IMG/VR virus record: IMGVR_UViG_3300034101_006325
Span: 96,001 to 160,000 of that record
From: a virus
Taxonomy: Duplodnaviria; Caudoviricetes
DNA length: 64,000 nucleotides
Strand: one strand, 5' to 3'
The notes under the pieces were generated by a model that was not told the origin of the DNA, ran no database searches, and worked only from the letters and a program-made list of their open reading frames with translations. Positions within the stretch are counted from its first letter, which is position 1, and the number at the start of each line of letters is the position of its first letter. Positions 17,089-25,758 of this stretch are shown here, piece after piece. The position numbers were made by a program, and so were the translations under genes.

Positions 17089-18522
17089 TTATTCTTTTAG
17101 ACTAATAAGCATAATTGACGAACCACAGCCATAGATGCGTGAAACTCCGGCAGAAAATGCCACTTGTTTTTCAGACTTTCCGTCAGAAGCCCTAAATTTA
17201 AATCTGTCATACCTTAATTCATTATCAGTGTACCAGTAATCAGGGCCGGTCGATCCAACTAGTTCAAAACCAGCAGATAGATAACCCTTTCCTGTGCCAA
17301 TTCTCCTGTCGACGTAGGTCATAATACTAACAAAACCATTAATCTTGGCCCATGTCTTTGCTGTCTTTAAAAGCTTTGAAAGTGCACCAGGAACTGAAAT
17401 TCCAGGTAGGTTACTGAAACGAGCAATCTCGATAGAATTTTCATACTTTGTTGCGTGACGAGGAACCCTGAGCGACAATGCTGAAACGACGTCTCCTCTT
17501 CTATCTTTCAAACCCCAGCATATTTTAGCAGGTGTATAACCTGATACATGGGATATATTAAAGAAACTTCGCTGTTCATCTGATCCCAGCTCAACGACAC
17601 GTGTGGACCAAGTTTTACATTTCTTTGAATGAAGTCCAAGACGGTGCTGAATCATAGATTCGACAATTGGTCTTTTGTCTCTCCACTCATCCTCAAAAAT
17701 TTGGAATAAATCTATATTTTTTTCCTCAGCAAGTCTGGCTTTCAGCTGATGAGAACTTTTGTCAAATTCATCTTCTGGTTTTCCTGCCTCACTATGCCAA
17801 TACAAACCATGACATTCTATTCCAAATTTTTTGGTAGGCACATACACGTCAATTTCTTTTGGTGACAAGGCAGATCGATCTCCGCTTATTGCATCCTTCG
17901 ATATTGACTTTACATAGTTGTACACATCTAATTCCCAATTAGATTTTCCGACAGGATAACACTTGTAGCATCTACTTCCTCGCTCGAATGCTTGCAATGT
18001 TTTTGGTTGACTTTCACCGCATTTGACGCATTCAAATAACAAATACTGCTGTTGACGTGATCTATACTCGTCAAGAGGCGTCAATAATTTAAATTCTCCT
18101 GACCTCTGAATAATTCTTTCTTCAATCGAAGTAGTTGCCAAGGTTTTGCTTGTTGATATTTTCTGTAATGTCTCCTGGGTATGCCTACGGCCGTAAAAAT
18201 GATTCCCACTGCCCGACATTTTGAATGCCTGCAAAGCTATTCTTTCATCGGTAGTTTTGTCCTTTCCTTTGTTCCAAGCTTCTGCATGACCACCTATGGC
18301 ACCCCCTTCTTTCATTGCCAATCTTGAATGGTCCTTGCAATACTTCTTGAAGGTGAATGAAACATATCTAACTTGATTGCCGCATTCAGCGCAAGTTGGT
18401 TTAATGTCATCATGTAAGACTTTAATTGTGTATTCTTCAGAACTTAAACCGTGAGAAGTCTTGACATGGTCAGAGAATCTCTTTAAATCATCGTTATGAT
18501 AACTACACAGCTTACAATCCAT
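17089..18522 (-). CDS. Hef-like homing endonuclease (Zn fingers, NUMOD3, PD-(D/E)xK, C-terminal GNAT/Mom-like domain)
   Basis: CKLC..H..H and CAEC..C Zn motifs; GSGNHFYGRRHTQETLQKIS (NUMOD3); EIDVYVP...GIECHGLYWH; TYVDRRIGTGKGY. Confidence 0.7.
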   Translation of the reverse strand: MDCKLCSYHNDDLKRFSDHVKTSHGLSSEEYTIKVLHDDIKPTCAECGNQVRYVSFTFKKYCKDHSRLAMKEGGAIGGHAEAWNKGKDKTTDERIALQAFKMSGSGNHFYGRRHTQETLQKISTSKTLATTSIEERIIQRSGEFKLLTPLDEYRSRQQQYLLFECVKCGESQPKTLQAFERGSRCYKCYPVGKSNWELDVYNYVKSISKDAISGDRSALSPKEIDVYVPTKKFGIECHGLYWHSEAGKPEDEFDKSSHQLKARLAEEKNIDLFQIFEDEWRDKRPIVESMIQHRLGLHSKKCKTWSTRVVELGSDEQRSFFNISHVSGYTPAKICWGLKDRRGDVVSALSLRVPRHATKYENSIEIARFSNLPGISVPGALSKLLKTAKTWAKINGFVSIMTYVDRRIGTGKGYLSAGFELVGSTGPDYWYTDNELRYDRFKFRASDGKSEKQVAFSAGVSRIYGCGSSIMLISLKE

Positions 18523-18543
18523 ACTTATTACTGCCTTGCATGG

Positions 18544-18572
18544 ATTATAATTAAAGACATGACAAATGTAAA
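18544..18572 (-). promoter_or_regulatory. Near-consensus sigma70 promoter for the endonuclease
   Basis: TTTACA(18572-18567)-N17-TATAAT(18549-18544). Confidence 0.7.
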
Positions 18573-18605
18573 AAAGTCAAAAGCCGCCTCACGGCGGCTT
18601 TTGAC
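18570..18605 (-). terminator. Intrinsic terminator of the major capsid gene
   Basis: 13-bp stem GUCAAAAGCCGCC/GGCGGCUUUUGAC, GUGA (GNRA) loop, U6. Confidence 0.9.
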
Positions 18606-18634
18606 GAACGATCTGTTCAGTTAATATTCAACTA

Positions 18635-20527
18635 TCAGATGATGTTCATGTCAAGCACAGTCACAGTTCCGTAGAAGTCGCTACGAACTGTCTTCTTACC
18701 GTAGCGAGTCATCACGCCCTTACGTGGTGTGAAATCTTCAGGTGCGAAGATTGTTGGTGTCACGATGAGTGGAACGTATGGTGCGTACACGTAGCCTGTC
18801 TCGAGGTAGCTGCCGCCCTTGTAGCCAACGAGGATCTTGTTACGAACGAAGTAGGGATCCTTGTAGACCGTGAAGCGGTTGCTGATTGTGCCGATTGCCT
18901 CTGCACCGATTGTGAATGGTGAAGCAACCTGACCCTCGCCGTCGATCGAGAACTTGGGCTTGTAGAGGACCGAGCTCTCGAGGATTGTTGCAACGTCTGG
19001 GCCTGTGACGAGGAAGTTCGCCGAGCCGCGGAGTGTCTTGCGGTGGATTGTGTTGGCGACGTCGATGATTGTCTCGACGAGTGTCTCGTACCACTCACGG
19101 ACTGTACCTGTGAAGGCTGGGCCGATTGAGAGGGCCGAGGCGAGCGAGACCGATTGACCTGTTGTCTTGTTCACGAATTTGCCGGGAGCGCGTGACCAGT
19201 AGTAGTTGGCGCCGTTGGCCTGTGTGACGAGGTCGTTGAGGATCTCGCGATCGATCTCGAGGGCGATCTGCTCCGAGAGGATCGAGGTGAGCTCAACCTC
19301 TGCGTCCATCGAGTGATAGGCGTTGAGGTCCTGTGCGAGCTCTGGTGACCAGCGAGCACGGAGCTTGCGGGTCTCGGCTGTGATTGCAATCGACTCGATC
19401 TTGATGTCGATCTCGGGGATTGCAGGAGCAGGTGTTGAACCAAAGTCCGACTCGAACGATGGAACTGTGACTGTTGCTCCGCTGTTCTGATCAACAGTGA
19501 GACCTGTTGAGATGGCGAACGAGAGCTTTGCGGTCGCTGTTGTTGGAAGGTTTGTGGCTCCATTTGCGCCCTTGAGGAGGAACTGGAGGTAGTTGCCGTT
19601 GAGTGCGTCTGGGACGAACTTGAGGCTTGCACCTGTTCCTGTGAGTGTTCCGCGCTTGTTTGCGCGGCGGAGGTTGAGCACACCTGTTCCACCTTGGTAA
19701 CTGTCTCCCCATGCTGTTGCATTTGTCACCGCGCCGTTGAAGAGCGAGAACTGCTGAACTGCAGTGAGGTCAGCTGCTGGCTCTGCTGCAACAACAACTG
19801 ATGTTGGCACGTAGAGGAAGAGAACGTCGAGGTCGTTGTTTGTGAGGGCTGTCTCGACCTGAGCATCGAAGTCCACCAAGCGAGCGTTTGATCCACTGAA
19901 TGATGTTCCGAGTCCAAGCACCGTGCCATCCGACCATGTTGTTCCATCTGCACCGAGGTATGAACCCGAGTAGACTGTTCCTACTGTGAGGTCGAGTGGC
20001 GAAACCGAACCTGTGACGCGTGAGTAACCTGTGCCAACGAGATCGTACATACCGCCTGTTGCGAGCGATCCGCTCTGCACGCCTTTGCCGCGTGGATTGT
20101 TATAGATCGAATCACCGCGTGTGTATGTCGAGTTGGTGTCGCCTGCAACCTGACCAACATTGCTGCCGTATGTATAGTCGAGGTAGAAGATGAGTCCTGA
20201 GGGGAGGCTCATTGGCTGGATCGAAACGAGCTCGTTGGCAACGAGGCCACCGAACACGCGGCGAACGATTGGGAAGGCGATGTTGCTGAAGCCTTGAATC
20301 TGTCCGCTGCCAACGATGTTGCCGCCGCCGGTCGAGAGAGCATTGCTCTCCTTAAGGACCTGTGCTGCCTGGTTCTCGAGGAGCTGTGCCATTGTCTCGC
20401 GGCGTGAGCCGTCGAGGCCACGGAGGAGGCCTGTGCGGCTCCACTTCTCTGTCAAACGGGCGCGCTCAGCACCGACGTGCTTCTCGCGGATGCCCTGTGC
20501 TAACTGATCTAATGTAAAGTTCTTCAT
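18635..20527 (-). CDS. gp23: Major capsid protein, T4 gp23-like
   Basis: AQLLENQ; FPIVRRVF..LVANELVSIQPM..PSGLIFYLDY; AETRKLRARWSPELAQDLNAYH..DAE.ELTSILSEQIALEIDREI; YAPYVPL; PRKGVMTRYG; SD AGGAG; long central insertion. Confidence 0.95.
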   Translation of the reverse strand: MKNFTLDQLAQGIREKHVGAERARLTEKWSRTGLLRGLDGSRRETMAQLLENQAAQVLKESNALSTGGGNIVGSGQIQGFSNIAFPIVRRVFGGLVANELVSIQPMSLPSGLIFYLDYTYGSNVGQVAGDTNSTYTRGDSIYNNPRGKGVQSGSLATGGMYDLVGTGYSRVTGSVSPLDLTVGTVYSGSYLGADGTTWSDGTVLGLGTSFSGSNARLVDFDAQVETALTNNDLDVLFLYVPTSVVVAAEPAADLTAVQQFSLFNGAVTNATAWGDSYQGGTGVLNLRRANKRGTLTGTGASLKFVPDALNGNYLQFLLKGANGATNLPTTATAKLSFAISTGLTVDQNSGATVTVPSFESDFGSTPAPAIPEIDIKIESIAITAETRKLRARWSPELAQDLNAYHSMDAEVELTSILSEQIALEIDREILNDLVTQANGANYYWSRAPGKFVNKTTGQSVSLASALSIGPAFTGTVREWYETLVETIIDVANTIHRKTLRGSANFLVTGPDVATILESSVLYKPKFSIDGEGQVASPFTIGAEAIGTISNRFTVYKDPYFVRNKILVGYKGGSYLETGYVYAPYVPLIVTPTIFAPEDFTPRKGVMTRYGKKTVRSDFYGTVTVLDMNII

Positions 20528-20583
20528 TTTAAAAAAATCTCCTAAAGTTGGGTTATAAAAAATTAATACGAATTATCAAACAA

Positions 20584-22491
20584 TCACTTGAGTCCAGCAA
20601 GCTTGGCCCAGCGATCAGCCTCGAAGCCCTCGTTGAGGACTGTTGAAGCAGCGCGGGTTGGGGCTGATGATGATCCAACCACTCGATTCTTTGATCCTTC
20701 TGAGAGAGAAGCGCGTGAGGATCCGGCGAGCGTCTTGACGAGGCTCTCATAAACGAGCTTAACTTCTCTTTCGGTCTTTGCTTCATCGAGGCGTTCGATC
20801 ACATCTGCCTTCTGGCGCTTTGTGAGCGACTCGTTCTGGAGTAGCTTGTTGGTGTACAGCAATTTCATGTTGAACAGATTCGTTTCCGCCAACTTCTTGC
20901 GGAGATTATCGGAGTCTCCAGCTTCCCGCTTCTGGTTGCCATTAAGGCTTTCACCACTGCGCTTGTTTGTTTCAGCAAGCATTGTCTGAAGCTTAGCAAT
21001 GCGTCGGACCGACTCATTGTATTGAGAAGCGAAGTGATTATATGCCTCATGCATTTTATCCTTCTTCTTCTTTGCTTCAGCTTTTTCTTTCACGGATTTA
21101 GCAGCCTTTTCATCCTTGGCAGCCTTCTCCTTAAGCTTCTTGGCCTTCATTGCCTTGTCCTTAGCAGCCTTCTTCTTCTTGGCTTCTGCTACGAGTTTTG
21201 CCTCGAGCGTCTCCTTGACAGGCTGGCGGGCTTGACCATTTGACTGGTCTAGATCTCTTCCATGGTTTCCGCCGTATTCTGCAACGTCATCGGCTTCTTC
21301 CATGTCGCCTGCATGATCGGCTTCTTCCATGTCGCCTGCATAATCAGATTCTGACATATCGTCGCCTTCACCCATGTCTTCACCTTCTGTAGTGAGGTCG
21401 ACCTCGAGCGCATCCATCTCTTCTTCTGAAAAATCATCAGAAACCTCGCCAGCTCCGTGGCCCCACGACTGCACGTCATCTGCAGCCTCGCGAAGCATCT
21501 TCATGCGGCTAATTTCTCTCTTGAGCATTTTCTCGTCAATTTCAACAATGACGTCGTCGCTGAGTCTAAGTGACTCTTTGACACCAGGGACTGAAGGCAT
21601 TGACATTTCTTCAACTTCCTCTTCACCTTCTTCGTCATCGCCTTCATCTTCCTCTTCGCCTGCAGGAGCTTCTTCTTCTCCTTCTTCAGCGTCAAGGTCG
21701 AGATCGCCTTCGCCCTCGTCACCTTCAGCAGATTCTTCTCCTTCATCAGGAACTATTTCGAGATCTGCTTTTGCGAGTGCATCAGTAATTGCGTCGACGG
21801 CTTCTTCGGGAAGATCGTCGCCAAGATCGAGTTTAAATGTTAATCCGGTTTCTGTCAATCTGTTTTTCATATTTTGCTCCGTGAGCTGGTTGAGGTCCTT
21901 GTATAATTTTTCTAACTTATTTTCGTACAGTCCTTTGGAGTCTTCATCAACGACAGTCTCCTGAAGGGTCTGATAGAGGTTCTCGACCTCCGAGACCATC
22001 TCGGAGACGATTTTATTGTAGGATGGAGTCTGTCTGAGGGATTTTGATGCCTCAAGCAGTTCTCCTAATTTAGTCTCAATAGCTGAGACATTTAAAGAAA
22101 TTCTAGAAATTGCCGATTCCTTAATCTTATCGACGAGGGGTTTGAGCAATTTCTTAGACTCCATGCTAACAACAAATTCATTGTCACCCGTTGGTTGAAC
22201 GCATGGTTCCATGTCACTAGGTTGCTGATCATAGACTGATTGTATTTCGCTTCCTGCGTCCAAAGATTCTGTGGGATCATATCCAAATAAAAGTTTTTCA
22301 TCTTTACCTTCAGCATCACCCACAGATTCTTCGGTGTCTCCTTCTTCAACCTCACGAAGAAGCTCAGCCTCAATTAAATCTTTAATGCGAGGTGCAACGG
22401 CTTCGATTAATGCTTTTTTTGCATTATCTTCCGCAATCTCTTTGATCTTCTTTACGTCGGCTAAAGCTTCTTCGTATAGTTGCTTAGTCAT
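20584..22491 (-). CDS. Prohead core / scaffolding protein
   Basis: Directly upstream of gp23; acidic low-complexity plus coiled-coil; many (L/I/V)-x-E sites; C-terminal NLFN.KLLY.NKL and RWAKLAGL. Confidence 0.8.
   Translation of the reverse strand: MTKQLYEEALADVKKIKEIAEDNAKKALIEAVAPRIKDLIEAELLREVEEGDTEESVGDAEGKDEKLLFGYDPTESLDAGSEIQSVYDQQPSDMEPCVQPTGDNEFVVSMESKKLLKPLVDKIKESAISRISLNVSAIETKLGELLEASKSLRQTPSYNKIVSEMVSEVENLYQTLQETVVDEDSKGLYENKLEKLYKDLNQLTEQNMKNRLTETGLTFKLDLGDDLPEEAVDAITDALAKADLEIVPDEGEESAEGDEGEGDLDLDAEEGEEEAPAGEEEDEGDDEEGEEEVEEMSMPSVPGVKESLRLSDDVIVEIDEKMLKREISRMKMLREAADDVQSWGHGAGEVSDDFSEEEMDALEVDLTTEGEDMGEGDDMSESDYAGDMEEADHAGDMEEADDVAEYGGNHGRDLDQSNGQARQPVKETLEAKLVAEAKKKKAAKDKAMKAKKLKEKAAKDEKAAKSVKEKAEAKKKKDKMHEAYNHFASQYNESVRRIAKLQTMLAETNKRSGESLNGNQKREAGDSDNLRKKLAETNLFNMKLLYTNKLLQNESLTKRQKADVIERLDEAKTEREVKLVYESLVKTLAGSSRASLSEGSKNRVVGSSSAPTRAASTVLNEGFEADRWAKLAGLK
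21289..21342. repeat. 27-bp tandem repeat x2 inside the scaffold gene
   Basis: ATCGGCTTCTTCCATGTCGCCTGCAT(G/A) twice; encodes (Y/H)AGDMEEAD. Confidence 0.9.
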
Positions 22492-22536
22492 TTTTACAAA
22501 ACCTCTTTTATCTTTTAACTATTGGCCAAATTCAAA

Positions 22537-23025
22537 CTATACTGCAGAACTTTTGCCAGGTGTAAGATTTTCTCCAAACGACATTGTACCAAGTCTTGGT
22601 GATGTTGTGTCTGGGGATGTCGTATTTACAGATGGATTTGCAGGATCGAAGTTTGGTTTGATGTCTGTTGTTTCGATCTTTGGGTCGGCATCCTTGTCTG
22701 TTCCATCAGTCTTGCCAGGTCCAGGCGAAGAAATATCAGGAACATATGGATTTGCAGGATCACCTGCTTGACTCCACTTAACTTTTGTTGTATCAGGAGC
22801 TTCTCCGTAACCAAATTTAACGCCAGATGGAAACATATCAGCGTCTCCAATACCAGCATTAAAAAGTCCCAATGCTTTTTGTGAAGTTTTCACGGCAGCA
22901 TCGGCGTTATTATCGCTCTCGTAAATGTTGGTCGCACCAAATTTAAAAAGTCTGTACAAAAGATCATATTTTTTGCTTTTACTCGGCATATACTTTGTGT
23001 ATCTGCCACTTCCTGGTGTTCCCAT
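22537..23025 (-). CDS. Pro/Asp-rich hypothetical protein in the head module
   Basis: 162-aa ORF between head genes. Confidence 0.7.
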   Translation of the reverse strand: MGTPGSGRYTKYMPSKSKKYDLLYRLFKFGATNIYESDNNADAAVKTSQKALGLFNAGIGDADMFPSGVKFGYGEAPDTTKVKWSQAGDPANPYVPDISSPGPGKTDGTDKDADPKIETTDIKPNFDPANPSVNTTSPDTTSPRLGTMSFGENLTPGKSSAV

Positions 23026-23068
23026 AAAAACTCACTTTCACGGCATTGTCTGCCACAGATAATATCTA

Positions 23069-23314
23069 TCAAAGACTACGAGCAACTCTCTTGCGAGTTT
23101 CAACAACTTTTTCAAGTCTACGACGAAGTCTGCCTTCTTCGATCTTGAGAGCCTTCATATAATCCAACTTCTTCTCAAGCGACTTATCTGAACCAAATTC
23201 ATCGGCATCAACTTCTTCTGCGTCTTTTGCACGATCCTCAGTCGATTCCATGTCTCCGAACTTAGCAACTTCTTCCATTATTATCTGCTTGAGCAATTGA
23301 CTTGTTAATTTCAT
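23069..23314 (-). CDS. Small head-module protein with shared N-terminal motif
   Basis: ATG 23314 with SD GGAG; MKLTSQLLKQIIMEEV. Confidence 0.75.
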   Translation of the reverse strand: MKLTSQLLKQIIMEEVAKFGDMESTEDRAKDAEEVDADEFGSDKSLEKKLDYMKALKIEEGRLRRRLEKVVETRKRVARSL

Positions 23315-23397
23315 TGTTAAAAATCTCCGTAACAACTTTTGTAATTATCAGCCACACCGAAAAAAAAATAAAAAATTTATATTTGATAACTCAGAAA

Positions 23398-23856
23398 CTA
23401 CTTTTTTATAGGATCCATGAAAGCCAAAGCAGCCCATTTTGAAGCAGCCTCTTCGCCAAAAAGTTGATCTGGGGTGGCCGCAGCAACAAGTCTTTCGACA
23501 GTTCCTGTGGGAGGCAATGGCGATGTTTTAGAACGATCACTTTCTAACATTGTTTGAAGTGTATTAGACGCAGTATCAGCAAGTATATCGGCCATTACGC
23601 TGTTTCCACCTGCTTCTCTTTTTATTGCTTCTTTTATAGCATCTTGCGACAAGTTGCTGGGTGCCAATTTTGTTCTTGACGCTGACTGCTGCAAAACTGT
23701 TGAAATTGAAGGCTGCATTGCTTTGGTCGAGGACGACCTTTGTGTTTTTTTCAAAGTTTCATTAAGAGCTGCTGCATTTTGACCAATTCCTTCGGCAAGA
23801 ATTTCAACCAGACATTCTTTTACAATTAACTTTAATTGATTTTTTGTAATTCCCAT
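23398..23856 (-). CDS. Head-module protein with shared N-terminal motif
   Basis: ATG 23856; MGITKNQLKLIVKECLVEILAE. Confidence 0.75.
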   Translation of the reverse strand: MGITKNQLKLIVKECLVEILAEGIGQNAAALNETLKKTQRSSSTKAMQPSISTVLQQSASRTKLAPSNLSQDAIKEAIKREAGGNSVMADILADTASNTLQTMLESDRSKTSPLPPTGTVERLVAAATPDQLFGEEAASKWAALAFMDPIKK

Positions 23857-23858
23857 TG

Positions 23859-24266
23859 TCAACCTACGCCTTCCCAGAATGTTGCTCCACCAATAGAGCC
23901 AGTCAATGTTGGCATTTGATCTGAATCTATTCCAATGAGCTCTGCATAAATGCTGAACGGTGGATTGTCAGCAGCATCGTCAGCCCTAACAAATACTTCT
24001 TTTACTCGGGCATCAAATTCAAATGTCTGTCCTGCATCAACGAGAAAATAATTAGAATTTTCTACGCCATTTTTTGTAAATCCTACTCGGATATGCTTGC
24101 CAGCAGACGTATCGTGATTCCAGACACTAAGTCTCTTGGTAATTTTTTGAAATGAGTAGTTATAAGTTGTGCCTCCTAAAGCAACAGAAGACGTAACCCA
24201 TGGAAGTCCAGATCCCATGAATTCTGTAACAGAATTATATCCTATTCTTGGATCTCTTAGTCCCAT
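23859..24266 (-). CDS. Small beta-rich putative virion protein
   Basis: 135-aa ORF immediately downstream of the prohead protease. Confidence 0.65.
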   Translation of the reverse strand: MGLRDPRIGYNSVTEFMGSGLPWVTSSVALGGTTYNYSFQKITKRLSVWNHDTSAGKHIRVGFTKNGVENSNYFLVDAGQTFEFDARVKEVFVRADDAADNPPFSIYAELIGIDSDQMPTLTGSIGGATFWEGVG

Positions 24267-24272
24267 TGTTGC

Positions 24273-24887
24273 TCAGTCCTTTCCTTTAGAAGAAATAATA
24301 TCATTTAATATTCTGTCTATCCTGTCAGACTTATTAAAAACTTTTCTAAGCTCATCTGAGCCTATTTTCTTGCCTTCAGGAAGCATAAAAGCTCCAGGGG
24401 TCGATGGTTCAGAAACATAGTCCCAACAAATTAGCTGAAAGTCGTCTTGGACTACAAAATAATCTCCTTGTTTTTTTGTCGAACCCACACCTCTCGATGA
24501 AATTCCTAATTTGACGCCACTTTCAACAAGAGACTGTAGAATTTTACCAGAAGGTGTATCAAGAAGTTCAACGGTGCCATACACGACGCCACTATCTAAA
24601 TAAGCTTCTTTGACAATATGAGAGACATTTTTAAGATTGACGACAGAGGAGTCGGGATGATCAAGTTCTCCCAAAGCTCTATTTTCAACAATAAATTTTT
24701 GATAATTTCTTACTTCTCTTTGAAGAACATCAAGTGGGTAAATTCTTCCATTCTGATTTAAAGTATCTGCTTTTTGCAGTATACCTTTCATTATAACTTT
24801 ACCGTTATTTTTCTCTCTAGACTCCTTAATCATTTCAGGAGTATAGTCAAAAACTTCATATGAATTTAAAAGTCTTAAATCTTTCAT
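24273..24887 (-). CDS. gp21: Prohead core protein protease, T4 gp21-like
   Basis: N.NGRIYP; ALGELDHP; NLKNVSH; LLDTPSGKIL; GISSRGVGS; DFQLICWDYVSEPSTPGA. Confidence 0.95.
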   Translation of the reverse strand: MKDLRLLNSYEVFDYTPEMIKESREKNNGKVIMKGILQKADTLNQNGRIYPLDVLQREVRNYQKFIVENRALGELDHPDSSVVNLKNVSHIVKEAYLDSGVVYGTVELLDTPSGKILQSLVESGVKLGISSRGVGSTKKQGDYFVVQDDFQLICWDYVSEPSTPGAFMLPEGKKIGSDELRKVFNKSDRIDRILNDIISSKGKD

Positions 24888-25753
24888 TGTTTGTCTCCTT
24901 CATCTCCTGAAAGTTCTTGTTTCAATGATGAGTAAAGCATGAACCTTGACACAGAAGAATCATCAATGACATCAAGAGACTCAGAAAGCATCTGTGATTT
25001 TGCCATATTTAACTTCTGAATAACGTAAGTATTTTCTGGATTTGATGAAATGTAAGAATCCATTGAATTTAACAAGTCTATTCTAATCTCTTCCAGTTTC
25101 TTCTTTATTGTTGTTTGATCGTCATTTGCTGTAGAAAATGCATATGAACGAATTATTTCTTTTTGATCGGAATTCAATGAATTTGAATATTTTTCATTGA
25201 GCTTTTTCATCATGACTTTCATCAACAATCTAGACGTTCCTGGGGAATCATCGTTTACCGAAAGATCTACCGACTTTTTCTCTGACAACAGCCAAATTCT
25301 AAGTTGATCTTCATATTTTCCTAGTGCTGCAATGTCGGCACTGCCCGGTGTTTTTCTCCACTCATTCAACAGAGTTTGTATTGAAGCATACATTTTATAT
25401 TCAGCAATCGGCTGATCATAAAAATTATCGTCCTTAATCATGTGATTTATGCTTCTTATCAACAAAGATTTTTCTCTGTCTAGCTCTGTTAAGTTGGCAG
25501 AAGAAGCAGCAGCTCTAGCCTCATTAATTATTGTTGATGAAACAGAGTCGGAAGAAACTGTCGTTTTCAACAATGCATTAAAAAGTCTAAATTCCTTATA
25601 AAGTTGCGTGCCAGGCTTATAATATTTTTTCAGTATCCTAAGCGCTGTAGATGACTTTTTCTTGTCGCCCTCCACCAGGGCAGCCGAAATTGTCCTTACT
25701 AAGAACTCGTATAGCAGCGCAGTATTACGCTTCTTATTGTGGGATTTTGACAT
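24884..25753 (-). CDS. Hypothetical helical protein between portal and protease
   Basis: 289 aa, begins SHNKKRNTALLYEFLVR; stop/start overlap with gp21. Confidence 0.75.
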   Translation of the reverse strand: MSKSHNKKRNTALLYEFLVRTISAALVEGDKKKSSTALRILKKYYKPGTQLYKEFRLFNALLKTTVSSDSVSSTIINEARAAASSANLTELDREKSLLIRSINHMIKDDNFYDQPIAEYKMYASIQTLLNEWRKTPGSADIAALGKYEDQLRIWLLSEKKSVDLSVNDDSPGTSRLLMKVMMKKLNEKYSNSLNSDQKEIIRSYAFSTANDDQTTIKKKLEEIRIDLLNSMDSYISSNPENTYVIQKLNMAKSQMLSESLDVIDDSSVSRFMLYSSLKQELSGDEGDKQ

Positions 25754-25758
25754 CTTTT

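Noticed and set aside
21289-21342. 27-bp tandem repeat as a regulatory or CRISPR-like element
   Set aside because: Only two adjacent in-frame copies in a low-complexity acidic linker; ordinary slippage duplication
18760-21964. Nested ORFs in gp23 and the scaffold, including the 196-aa plus-strand ORF 21374..21964
   Set aside because: Poly-Ser/Pro antisense translation of Glu/Asp-rich codons; typical shadow ORFs
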